Source of the DNA: Polyangiaceae bacterium
Lineage (GTDB): Bacteria > Myxococcota_A > Polyangia > Polyangiales > Polyangiaceae
Length of the DNA: 64,000 bases
NCBI GenBank assembly: GCA_035063585.1
Contig: JAPSGB010000001.1
Coordinates: 64,001-128,000, forward strand
Direction of reading: 5' to 3'
Positions within the stretch are counted from its first letter, which is position 1; the number at the start of each line of letters is the position of its first letter. The notes below the pieces were generated by a model that did no database searches, was not told the DNA's origin, and saw nothing but the letters and a program-made list of their open reading frames with translations. Shown here piece after piece: positions 29,109-38,285 of this stretch. The position numbers were made by a program, and so were the translations under genes.

Positions 29109-30812
29109 TTAGACGCGGTCGGTCCGGGTTTTCTCCCTCGGCCGGCTCGAGGGCGGGCCGAGCGGGGCGACGGTCGCGGTCACGGGCGGTCCGGCCACCG
29201 GGAGGACGACGGTGAGCACGGCGCCGCCACCCGGCCGGTCCGCATAGCTGATGTCACCACCGTGCTCGACCACGATGCGTTGAACGATGACGAGGCCGAG
29301 CCCGGTCCCCTCCGGCTTGGTGGTCGCGTAGGGCTGAAAGAGCCGATCGCGCATCTCGGGCGCGAGGCCGGGCCCATCGTCGCTCACCCGGATCACGAGC
29401 TCTTCCGGGGTCGGCGCGCTCACCTCCACCTCGACGAGGGGCTCCGCGCGACCCTTCACCGCGTCCTGCGCGTTCTGGATCAAGTTGGTGACCACCTGCA
29501 CGAGCTGATCCCGGTCCGCGTTGAGCGGCGGGCAGGGGCCGGCTCGAAAGGTCACCGCCGCCCCGCTCGAGCCGTGCAGCGCGACGACCTTCCGCACCGC
29601 ATCCACGGCGTCGAAGGGCGCCGGGCGCGGCGGCGGCATCCGCGCGAAGCGAGTGAACTCGGACACGATGGTGCTGATCCGCGCGACCTCGTCGAGCACC
29701 GTACGGGTCGCCTCGTCGAAGTACTCGTCGAAGGCCGGATCGTCACGCGCGCGTAGGCGCCGCAGCGTCTCGACCGCCGCGCGGATCGGCGCGAGCGGGT
29801 TCTTGATCTCGTGGGCTACGCGCCGGGCGATCTCGCGCTGCGCCGCGATCCGCTCGCTCGCGGCGAGCCGCTTGCGGAGGAGGACGAGGTCGGCGATGGC
29901 CTTGTTGAAGGACCCGGCGAGCTCCTCGAGCTCCTTGCCGCCGCCGCCGCGCACCGGCTTCGGCTCGCCCGCCGTGACCTCGCGCGCCTGCCGTGACAAG
30001 TCGACGATGGGGCGTGCGAGGCCTCGAGCCAGGAGCATCGCCAGGACGAGCGCAGCGCCGAGGGTGACGCCGCCGAGGGCGAGGATCGTCCCGTCGAGCT
30101 GTCTTAGCGCGCGCGAGAGCGGCACGCGACTCTTGGCGGCGAAGACCGTGAGCTCGCCGAGTTCGGGAAGCCGCGTCGACTCGACCAGCTCGTCGCTCAC
30201 GCGCGGGGGCTGCGAGAGGGAGAGGCTCACGCCGTAACTCCGGCCGACCTCGTCGAAGAGCGCCGCGACGTGCCGCGCGGCGTAGAGCCCGACGAACGGC
30301 CGCTTCCCGTCGGCGGGGAGGGTGCAGTGCGCCTCGAGCGCGAGCGGCGCCTCGGCGGTCCTCACGCTGGCCGCGCGCGACGCGCGGCGGAGCCGCTCGG
30401 CGAGCGCGCCGTCCCGTTTGCCGACCAGCCCCTCTCGCCCGGCGCCGAGGATCTCGCCGTCGCTCGACACCAGCACGAGCTCGTCGAGGCGGAGCGCCTT
30501 CATCAGCTCCGGCACGCGGAGGCTGAGCGAGAGCCGCCGGTCGGCGAGATCACCGCGCTTTACGCCGATGAGCGCGCTGTCGAGGAGCGGATCGTGGGCG
30601 CACACCGGGTCGATGAGCGCGGGCAGATCACGGGCCTGCGCGGAGAGCTCGCGCTCGAGTCGCGCCAACGCCTGCGCGAACTGCTCGCGGAAGCGCGCCT
30701 CCTCGGTGCGTCGCCACGCCTCGCGGACCCCGAGGCCGAGCGCCGCCGTGGTCGCCACGGTGACGACGCCGATGGCGACGAGGAGCCGCTGCGCGAGCGT
30801 TACCCGAACCAT
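29109..30812 (-). CDS. HAMP-domain sensor histidine kinase (NtrY-like)
   Basis: Two TMs, HAMP, H-box VAHEIKNPL, N-box NLIQNA, DDGPG, TTKPEGTGLGL. Confidence 0.92.
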   Translation of the reverse strand: MVRVTLAQRLLVAIGVVTVATTAALGLGVREAWRRTEEARFREQFAQALARLERELSAQARDLPALIDPVCAHDPLLDSALIGVKRGDLADRRLSLSLRVPELMKALRLDELVLVSSDGEILGAGREGLVGKRDGALAERLRRASRAASVRTAEAPLALEAHCTLPADGKRPFVGLYAARHVAALFDEVGRSYGVSLSLSQPPRVSDELVESTRLPELGELTVFAAKSRVPLSRALRQLDGTILALGGVTLGAALVLAMLLARGLARPIVDLSRQAREVTAGEPKPVRGGGGKELEELAGSFNKAIADLVLLRKRLAASERIAAQREIARRVAHEIKNPLAPIRAAVETLRRLRARDDPAFDEYFDEATRTVLDEVARISTIVSEFTRFARMPPPRPAPFDAVDAVRKVVALHGSSGAAVTFRAGPCPPLNADRDQLVQVVTNLIQNAQDAVKGRAEPLVEVEVSAPTPEELVIRVSDDGPGLAPEMRDRLFQPYATTKPEGTGLGLVIVQRIVVEHGGDISYADRPGGGAVLTVVLPVAGPPVTATVAPLGPPSSRPREKTRTDRV

Positions 30813-30960
30813 GCGCCCACCCTGCCTCGCCCGGCGGTCACCGCCCCGCCCGATTCCGCGCCGGACCGGCACCCGCTCCCACCATGCACGCGCGCTTCGG
30901 CATCGATCTCGGGCGAGCCTTGCACAGCCCGCGCACGTTTGGCACGTTCCCGCACGACTC

Positions 30961-33600
30961 ATGCGAACGCTCCCGCTCGCCGTCTTCTTCGTCTGGGCGT
31001 CCGGGTGCTCGGGCGCACCACCGAAAACAGCGGAGCCGCTGCGTCCTCCGGTCAAGGGTCGGTCCGGCGCGGGAACACGCGGGGCGCCGGGCGGCCTTCC
31101 CGCGACGCTCATCGGGATGGTGGGCGCGGGGACCTACGGCCCGTACCTCGGGCGGCGCGACGACGCGCTCCTCGCGGTTTGGGCGGCGAGGTCCGGCGAG
31201 AGCGGCAAGCGCGGGTGGTACACGATCGCGCTCGACCCGCGCGGCAGGCCACTCGCGGAGGCCGCTCGCATCGGTGACGCGCCGGCGGAGCCCGGCCTGG
31301 TCGCGGTGCGACCCTCGGGTGGGGAAGGCACCCCGAACCCGGTGCCGGGCGCGCTCGAGGCGCGTGGCTTCCTCTTGCTCGCGACCGAGCGCGGACAGGG
31401 CGGGACCCGACTCTACGCGACCTCGCTCGGCACCCGCGGCGAGCTGCGCGGCGGACCCTCCACCATCGCCACGAGCGGCGACGACCTCGTGTGGATCGAC
31501 GCGGTGCCCACGCGGCGGAGCACGCTCGCGGTGTGGGCGGTCCGGCGCGAGAGCCACGCGGACGTCTACGCGGCGGAGATCGGCCTCGCCAGTGAGCGGA
31601 TCGCCGCGGCGGAGTTGGTCGTGCAAGGGGCGCGCGCGTGGCAGGTGGCCCCGCTCGCCGACGGCGCGGCGGTCGCGGCCGTGACGAGCGCGTCGGGCGG
31701 CGCCACGGGCACGGTCGAGGTCGTGTACCTCGACCAGGCCGGCAAGCCGTCACGGCCCCTCGAGGTGAGCGGCGAGCCCACCGCCGCGCCCGACCTCGAC
31801 ATGGTGAGCACGGGGAGCGGGCTCACGCTCGCGTGGTCGGACGGCCGCGGGCTCGAGGAGGTGATCTACACCGCCCGCGTGGACGCGCGCGGCGGGCTCG
31901 CGCGCCCGCCGGCGCCGCTCACGCCGCCGTCCGGCGAGCAAGCGCTCCTACGCCTGGTCACGCCGCTCGACGAGGCGAGCCCGGCGTGGGTGGCGTGGGA
32001 AGAGCTCGCCGCGAGCACGAGCGCGCACCGGCGCGTCGAGCTCGCGACGCTCACCGCCGACGGCCAGCTCGGCAGCGCGCACGGCGCGCTCCGGCTCGCA
32101 CCGAGCGACGGCGGCGTGCCCGAGCTTGCCTCGATGGGCGGCGGGCTCGGCGCGCTCGTGCTCGCGCCGGCGTGCCGGGAGGGCGAGCGCTGCGCGGACG
32201 CCGAGCTCTTGCCGACCTTCGTCGCCTTCGACGCCGAGGCGCGCCCGGTGGCGACCGAGCCGCTCCGGCTCGCGGCGCTCGGCGGCAAGGGCGCGGATCT
32301 CGCCTGGGGGCTCACCTGCGGGAAGCACGGCTGCGGCGCTCTCGCCGCGACCTCGACCTCCCCCGCGCCGCTCTACGCGGTGAATCTCGACGCGCGGACC
32401 GGCGCACACGCCTCACCCGGTGAGCAGGTGGTCCCGGGCCCGCCGCCGCGGGTGGTCTCGAACCAGGCGGTCGCGGCGCTCGACCCGCTGGCGGAGGTCA
32501 CCGCCGCGCGGGTCGGCGACACGACGCTCGCGGCGTGGGTGAGCTACTTCGACCCCACGACGCCCTGGCGCCGGCTCACCAAACCCGCCCCGGACGGCCG
32601 CTTCGAGCCGCTGCGAGCGCGGGTCGAGGTTCGTGCATTTCCCGATGGAAAAGAGCCGCTGCCGACGCGCACGGTTTCGCTCCGCGGGCGCTCGCTCGGC
32701 GGCGTCGCGCTCGCGCCGGGCGACCCTGCCAAGCGCCAGTCGCTCCTCGCGTGGACGGCGCTCGACAACCAGCTCCCGCAGGTGTTCGTCACGCTGCTCG
32801 CCGAGGACGGTAAGACCGTGACGCAGCGCATGCTCACGCGCACCAAGGGCGAGGTGAGCGACGTCGCCGCCGCGTGGGTCGGCGATGGGTATGTGGTCGG
32901 CTGGATCGACGAGCGAGACGACGATCCCGAGGTGTACGTCGCCAAGCTCGGCCCCACGCTGCAGTCGCTCGGGCCCGAGCGGCGGGTGACCCGCGCCAAG
33001 GGCGCGGCGACCGGCCTCGCGCTCGCCGCCCAGGGCCGGCAGCTGCTCGCGGTGTGGGCGGACGCGCGCGACGGCGCGAAGGAGGGTTGGGCGGATCTCT
33101 TCGCGGCGCGGCTCTCGACCAAGGACGCGGCGCCCCTCGGCGTCGAGTCGCTGCTCATGAAGACGCCCGCGCACTCCCGCTCGCCCGCCCTCGCGCCCTT
33201 CGGCGATGGGACCGCGATCGCATGGATCGAGTCGCGCCCCGGCGCGGGGCTCGACGACGAGAGCCCCGGGCTCTACGTCGGACAGCTCGATCGTGACGGC
33301 CGCCTGAACTCGTCGGCGGAGCTGGTCGAGGTTCCTGCCGGCGCGCCGAGCTCGGTCGCGCTCGAGTGCGAGAGCGACCGGTGCCACGTGGTGGTCGGCG
33401 TCGACGCGCGCGGCGCCGCCGAGCTCCGCGGGTTCACGTGGCAGCCGGGCACGCACCCAGCTCCGAGCGCGCTCACCGCGGTGTCCGGCCCCGCCGGCGA
33501 GCCGCTGTCGCCCGCGATGGTGGGGCGCGAGCTCTTCTTCGCCGATCAGAGCGCGAGCGGGAAGGGCCGCGTGCGCCGCCTGCTCATCGACTGGAAGTGA
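30961..33600 (+). CDS. Large hypothetical lipoprotein, beta-rich (propeller-like) repeats
   Basis: MRTLPLAVFFVWASGC lipobox; recurring xxxW / VY..xL strands. Confidence 0.7.
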   Translation: MRTLPLAVFFVWASGCSGAPPKTAEPLRPPVKGRSGAGTRGAPGGLPATLIGMVGAGTYGPYLGRRDDALLAVWAARSGESGKRGWYTIALDPRGRPLAEAARIGDAPAEPGLVAVRPSGGEGTPNPVPGALEARGFLLLATERGQGGTRLYATSLGTRGELRGGPSTIATSGDDLVWIDAVPTRRSTLAVWAVRRESHADVYAAEIGLASERIAAAELVVQGARAWQVAPLADGAAVAAVTSASGGATGTVEVVYLDQAGKPSRPLEVSGEPTAAPDLDMVSTGSGLTLAWSDGRGLEEVIYTARVDARGGLARPPAPLTPPSGEQALLRLVTPLDEASPAWVAWEELAASTSAHRRVELATLTADGQLGSAHGALRLAPSDGGVPELASMGGGLGALVLAPACREGERCADAELLPTFVAFDAEARPVATEPLRLAALGGKGADLAWGLTCGKHGCGALAATSTSPAPLYAVNLDARTGAHASPGEQVVPGPPPRVVSNQAVAALDPLAEVTAARVGDTTLAAWVSYFDPTTPWRRLTKPAPDGRFEPLRARVEVRAFPDGKEPLPTRTVSLRGRSLGGVALAPGDPAKRQSLLAWTALDNQLPQVFVTLLAEDGKTVTQRMLTRTKGEVSDVAAAWVGDGYVVGWIDERDDDPEVYVAKLGPTLQSLGPERRVTRAKGAATGLALAAQGRQLLAVWADARDGAKEGWADLFAARLSTKDAAPLGVESLLMKTPAHSRSPALAPFGDGTAIAWIESRPGAGLDDESPGLYVGQLDRDGRLNSSAELVEVPAGAPSSVALECESDRCHVVVGVDARGAAELRGFTWQPGTHPAPSALTAVSGPAGEPLSPAMVGRELFFADQSASGKGRVRRLLIDWK

Positions 33601-33664
33601 CGCGCGCGCCGCGACGCGTGCGCCGCCTGCTCATCGACTGGAAGTGACGCGCGCGCCGCGACGC
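33568..33664 (+). repeat. Perfect 47-bp tandem duplication spanning the stop codon of the lipoprotein gene
   Basis: CGCGTGCGCCGCCTGCTCATCGACTGGAAGTGACGCGCGCGCCGCGA at 33568 and again at 33615. Confidence 0.95.
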
Positions 33665-33682
33665 CGGCCGCGCCGGCCATGC

Positions 33683-33714
33683 AAAAAAAAGGCCCCCTGG
33701 CGAACCAGGGGGCC
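33683..33714 (-). terminator. Rho-independent terminator
   Basis: Minus strand GGCCCCCTGG-TTCG-CCAGGGGGCC followed by T8. Confidence 0.9.
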
Positions 33715-33950
33715 CATCGACGTCGATCATCCGGGTGGTTACGTGCTCGTCGCCCGTGCGTTGCTCTTGCGTCTGTTTTTTTCAGACGCGTTGCTGCTGG
33801 GGTGGCTCGGGGAGGAGAAGCGCACGAGAGCAGCGCGCATCCAACTGAACATCTGACGTCGACCGAGTACTGAGGCGATTCAAACCTCCTTGCTCATGCG
33901 AACTCAACCGCCTGCCCCGAAGACCTATTCCGTCGCCGCGATCTTTCTTT
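33683..33950 (-). ncRNA. Candidate structured small RNA (5' end uncertain)
   Basis: Intergenic, lower GC, long irregular hairpin 33717-33862 with G-U pairs specific to the minus strand, directly followed by a terminator. Confidence 0.6.
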
Positions 33951-34070
33951 GATAATGCAGATTGCAACGGTTGGACCCATCAGCCGGTCGAGGGCCCTGG
34001 GTGATTGCCGGTCCGGCGCGGTGGCGGTGGTCGAGCCCAGCTCGCGAGGCGACGCGAGCGCGCGCCGTGC

Positions 34071-35333
34071 TCACTCGTCGCGCTCGCGGGCCTCGGGGCG
34101 CTCGCGAGCCTGACGCCAGATCGCGCGCCACGATGGGCGCGCCCCGGTGAGGAGGAGCCCCACGCGGAAGAGCCGCGCGGCGAGCTTCACGGCGAGGACG
34201 ATGCCGATGAGCAGCGCCGCGCACGAGCCGGCGATCTCGAGGGGCGAGACACCGCCCGGCTCGAGCGAGAGCCGCGTGACGAGGGTGATGGGCGCCGTAA
34301 ACGGGATGAAGGTGAGCACGCGCGCGAGCGCGCCGTTCGGCTCCGCGATGAGCGCGGTCATGAGCGCCGCGGGCGCGATCACGGGGAGCGTCCAGATGAC
34401 GCCGAGCTGCTGGCTCTCGCGCTGCGTCGTGCCGAGCGAGCCGGTAGCGAGCATCAAGCTGCCGACGAAGAGGTAGCCGAGCACGAAGAGCGGCACCGCC
34501 GCGAGCACGGCGCCCCACGGCACGACCACCCCGCTCGCGAGCGCTGGCAGCGCGGCACCCGACACCATCAACGACCACACGCCGACCTGAAGGAGCCCGG
34601 CCGCGCCGAGCCCGAGGAGCTTTCCCGCCAAGAGCTCGTCGGCGCTCACGGCGGCGAGGAGGACCTCGGAGAGCCGGTTCTCCTTCTCGATCGCGACCCC
34701 CTGCACGAGGTACGACGAGGTCGTCACGAGCGACAGCACCATCAAGAGCGCGAGCAGGAGCGGCACCGCGATGCGCCGGAGCGTGGCCTCGGCGTCGAGC
34801 GGCTCGGCGCCGCCGGCCGACGCGAGAGTGCGCTCGACGGACATCGGCTCGAGCACGCGCGCCCGCTCGAGCTCGGGGAGCTTGCCGGTCAGGAGCGCGC
34901 GCCGGAGCTCGGTGGCGAGCGCGCGCTCGGCGGCGGGCGCGGCGAGCCCCGAGGTCGCGCCCGCGTCCCTCACGACCAACCGCACCCGACCGCGCGCGAG
35001 GTAGTCCGGCGCGATCACGAAGTACCCGGCGAGCTGCTGCTCGGCGAGCGCGCGCCGCGCCGCCGGTTCGCTCGCAAAGCGCGCGAGGCGCGCGCCGCGC
35101 CCGTTCGTCACGGTAAGCTCCCGCGAGAGGAGCCCCGCTTCGTCCACCACGCCCCAGGCGAGCTCGCGCGCATCGAGCGCGCCGAGCGCGCGATGCTCGA
35201 GGAGCCCGACGCCGCCGAAGAGGAGCGCCATGAGGAGCGGCATCGCCAAGGTCACGAACAAGAACGGCAGCCGCCGAACCACGGAGAGGAACTCCCAGCG
35301 CGCGATGACGCGGAGCCTCGTCAGGCGCATCAC
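34071..35333 (-). CDS. ABC-2 type transporter permease (NatB-like)
   Basis: IARWEF, IEKENRLSEVLL, LLAGKLLG, IPFTAP; multiple TM helices. Confidence 0.9.
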   Translation of the reverse strand: MMRLTRLRVIARWEFLSVVRRLPFLFVTLAMPLLMALLFGGVGLLEHRALGALDARELAWGVVDEAGLLSRELTVTNGRGARLARFASEPAARRALAEQQLAGYFVIAPDYLARGRVRLVVRDAGATSGLAAPAAERALATELRRALLTGKLPELERARVLEPMSVERTLASAGGAEPLDAEATLRRIAVPLLLALLMVLSLVTTSSYLVQGVAIEKENRLSEVLLAAVSADELLAGKLLGLGAAGLLQVGVWSLMVSGAALPALASGVVVPWGAVLAAVPLFVLGYLFVGSLMLATGSLGTTQRESQQLGVIWTLPVIAPAALMTALIAEPNGALARVLTFIPFTAPITLVTRLSLEPGGVSPLEIAGSCAALLIGIVLAVKLAARLFRVGLLLTGARPSWRAIWRQARERPEARERDE

Positions 35334-36235
35334 GAGCCGGTCTCCTCGCTCACGGCGCGCACGAAGATCTCCTCGAGCGAGGCGAGCACGGGGGCGAAGC
35401 GCTCGAGCTCGACGCCGCTCCCCACCAGCGCGCGGAGGAGCTCGGCCGGGCGACGCGCCCTCGTGTCGATGACGATGAAGCTGCCGTCATCCCGGCGGTG
35501 CACCTCGACGCCCTCCAGCGCGGGCGCGCGGCCGTCCTCCGTCACGAGCTCGACCTCGCGCCGCGAGTGACGCCGCCGGATCTCCCCGGTCTCCCCGGCG
35601 AGGAGCACGCGGCCGCGATGCACGAGCGCGACGTCGTCGCAGAGGTCCTCCACCTCGCGCAGCTGATGGGTCGAGAGGATCGTGGTGAGCCCGCGGGCGC
35701 GCCGCTCGTGGATGAGCTCGCGCACCAGCCGCACGTTCACCGGGTCGAGACCCGAGAACGGCTCGTCGAGCACGCAGAGGCCGGGCTCCGGGAGCAAGGT
35801 TGCCGCGAGCTGGAGCTTCTGGCTCATCCCCTTGCTGAGCCGCTCGACGCGGTACTTGGCCGCGAAGCCGAGCCCCATGCGCTCGAGCCACACGCGCGCG
35901 CGCTCCCGCGCCTCACGGCGTGAGAGGCCCTTCAACATGGCGAGGTACTCGAGCACCTCGCTCGCGCGCTCTCGGCGGTAGAGACCGCGCTCCTCGGGCA
36001 GGTAGCCGAGCCGCTCGCGGCGCGCGGTCGAAGACGGCACGCCGTTCACGAGCACGCGCCCGCGGTCCGCGCGGAGGATATCCATCACGATACGGATGAG
36101 CGTGCTCTTGCCCGCGCCGTTCGGGCCGAGCAGCCCGAACACGCTCCCGCTTCGAACCGCGAGCGTCACGCGATCGAGCGCGAGCGTCCCGCCGAAGCGC
36201 TTCTCCACCTCTTCGACCTCGAGCGCGGCGCCCAT
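35330..36235 (-). CDS. ABC transporter ATP-binding protein (NatA-like)
   Basis: GPNGAGKST, GYLPEERGLY, LSKGMSQ, LDEPFSGLDP, STH. Confidence 0.95.
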   Translation of the reverse strand: MGAALEVEEVEKRFGGTLALDRVTLAVRSGSVFGLLGPNGAGKSTLIRIVMDILRADRGRVLVNGVPSSTARRERLGYLPEERGLYRRERASEVLEYLAMLKGLSRREARERARVWLERMGLGFAAKYRVERLSKGMSQKLQLAATLLPEPGLCVLDEPFSGLDPVNVRLVRELIHERRARGLTTILSTHQLREVEDLCDDVALVHRGRVLLAGETGEIRRRHSRREVELVTEDGRAPALEGVEVHRRDDGSFIVIDTRARRPAELLRALVGSGVELERFAPVLASLEEIFVRAVSEETGS

Positions 36236-36341
36236 TGCTCCCCCCGGGTCTAGCAGAGGCCGCGGGAAATTCGCGCGAGCTTCCGGCCGGCGCGGCCGGC
36301 GGCGCGCGCCGAGCGCGACCGGGATCGGCTATCGTCAGCCC

Positions 36342-37208
36342 ATGTTCCGCGCCGGACCTTCGCCCGATCCCATCGAGTCCCTCTCGCTCGAGGACACGGA
36401 CGCGGGGGCCCGCGCGCTCGTCGCGCCCGCGCGCGGCGGGCTCGTCACGCGATGGCGCGTGGAGGGGCGCGAGCTCCTGTTCCTCGACCAGGCGACGCTC
36501 GCCGACCCGACCCGGAACGTGCGCGGCGGGATCCCCGTGCTCTTCCCGACGCCAGGCAAGCTCGAGCGCGACGAGTGGGCGCGAAGCTGCCGCGCGGGCA
36601 AGCTGCCGCAGCATGGATTTGCGCGAACCCTGCCCTGGGAGCTCGTCGCGACGTCGAGCGACGGCGCGGCGTCGTGCCGGCTCCGGCTCGCCGCGAGCGA
36701 GGCCACGCGCAGCCACTTTCCGTGGTCCTTCGCGCTCGAGCACGAGCTCGCGCTTCACGGGAGGACGCTCCGCATCGAGCAACGCGTCACCAACCTCGAT
36801 CACGCCGCGCTGCCCTTCGCGCTCGGTTTTCACCCGTATTTTCTGGTGCCCCAGGGGGAGAAGGCCGCCGCGCGCATCGCCACTCGCGCCACGCGCGCCT
36901 ACGACAACGTCAGAAAGCGTGAGATCCCATTCGCGGGCTTCGAGCTCACGGCGCCCGAGGTCGATCTCCATCTCATCGATCACGGCTCGAGCGCGGCCTC
37001 GCTCGAGCTCGCGAGCGGCACCATCCGGATCGAGTGCAGTCCCGCCTACCAGCGCTGGGTGGTGTGGACGCTCGCCGGGCGCGACTTCGTGTGCCTCGAG
37101 CCGTGGACGGCGCCGGCCAATGCGATGAACACCGGCGAGGGGCTCCTCCGGCTCGCGCCGGGGGGGACGTGCGAGTCATACGTCGAGCTCACCTTCGCCC
37201 CGCGCTGA
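36342..37208 (+). CDS. Aldose 1-epimerase / galactose mutarotase-like protein
   Basis: VRGGIPVLFP, QHGFAR, GFHPYF, FVCLEPWT. Confidence 0.9.
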   Translation: MFRAGPSPDPIESLSLEDTDAGARALVAPARGGLVTRWRVEGRELLFLDQATLADPTRNVRGGIPVLFPTPGKLERDEWARSCRAGKLPQHGFARTLPWELVATSSDGAASCRLRLAASEATRSHFPWSFALEHELALHGRTLRIEQRVTNLDHAALPFALGFHPYFLVPQGEKAAARIATRATRAYDNVRKREIPFAGFELTAPEVDLHLIDHGSSAASLELASGTIRIECSPAYQRWVVWTLAGRDFVCLEPWTAPANAMNTGEGLLRLAPGGTCESYVELTFAPR

Positions 37209-37268
37209 GCCTGCGCGCCGGCGCCGGCGCGCTTGCGGCGAGCCCGGGCTACCCTTATGTGCCCGGCC

Positions 37269-38120
37269 ATGGCGAAGATCACCTTCCTCGGGACCGGACT
37301 CATGGGCGCGGCGCTGGCGGAGGCGGCGAAGCAGCGCGGCGACGACGTGACCGTATGGAACCGCACGCGAGCCAAGGCCGACGCGCTCGCCGCGCTCGGG
37401 ATCCGGGTGGGCGCGACGCCCGCCGAGGCGATCGCGGGCGCCGAGCGCGTGCACAGCATCCTCGGCGCGGACGACTCGGTCGACGCCGTGTACGACGCCT
37501 GCGGTGACGCCCTGGGCGCGGCGCTGGTCATCGATCACACGACCACCTCGCCCGCGGGCACCGCGCGCCGAGCGGCGGAGCTCGAGCGGCGCGGCGTCGC
37601 GTTCCTGCACGCGCCGGTCTTCATGTCCCCCGCCGCCTGCCGCTCGGCGCAGGGGGTCATGCTGGTCGCGGGCCCGAAGTCGGTGTTCGCTCGCGCCGAG
37701 CCCGCGCTCGCGTCCATGACCGGCAAGGTTCGCTACCTCGGCGAGCGCCGCGAGCTCGCCGCCGCCAACAAGCTCTTCGGCAACGCGATGATCATCACCA
37801 TCACCGCCGGCCTCGCCGACGTGTTTTCCATGGGGAAGTCCCTCGAGATCGCACCGGAAGACGTGCTCGCGCTCTTCTCCATCTTCAACCCCGCGTCCAC
37901 CCTCTCGTACCGCGGCGCGGCGATGGCGAAGGGCGACTACCGCGCGATGTTCGAGCTCACCATGGCGCGCAAGGACGCCCGCCTCGCCATCGAGGCGGCC
38001 GGCGGCCTCCCGCTCACGACCTTGCCCGCCATCGCGGCGCGGATGGATGAGCTCATCGGCCGAGGCTTCGGCGCGGACGACATGGCCGTCCTCGGCGTGG
38101 ACGCGGTCCCGAAGGCGTGA
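37269..38120 (+). CDS. NAD(P)-dependent oxidoreductase (3-hydroxyisobutyrate dehydrogenase family)
   Basis: FLGTGLMG, VWNRT, IDHTT, KLFGN, KDARLA. Confidence 0.88.
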   Translation: MAKITFLGTGLMGAALAEAAKQRGDDVTVWNRTRAKADALAALGIRVGATPAEAIAGAERVHSILGADDSVDAVYDACGDALGAALVIDHTTTSPAGTARRAAELERRGVAFLHAPVFMSPAACRSAQGVMLVAGPKSVFARAEPALASMTGKVRYLGERRELAAANKLFGNAMIITITAGLADVFSMGKSLEIAPEDVLALFSIFNPASTLSYRGAAMAKGDYRAMFELTMARKDARLAIEAAGGLPLTTLPAIAARMDELIGRGFGADDMAVLGVDAVPKA

Positions 38121-38285
38121 GGCGAGCGTAGCGGCGAGGATCGGTCGAGGGGGGTCGGCCCGGCGCGGCCGGCGGGTGGGGCCGATCGGCGCGGGCGGCC
38201 GCCGTCGAGGGAGCCCGTGCCGCCCCTCGGGGGCCGTGTCGAAGGTTTGCCCTGGAGCTACGCTTGATTTGGGCTAGTCTTCGCT

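Noticed and set aside
33568..33664. 47-bp repeat as a mini-CRISPR
   Set aside because: Copies are directly adjacent with no spacer, and the unit is a gene end.
33683..33950. SRP RNA, 6S RNA, tmRNA, riboswitch or attenuator
   Set aside because: No SRP GGAA/AGCAG domain, tRNA-like ends or clear 6S central bubble was recognised, and no same-strand gene follows the terminator. An Rfam search is still needed.
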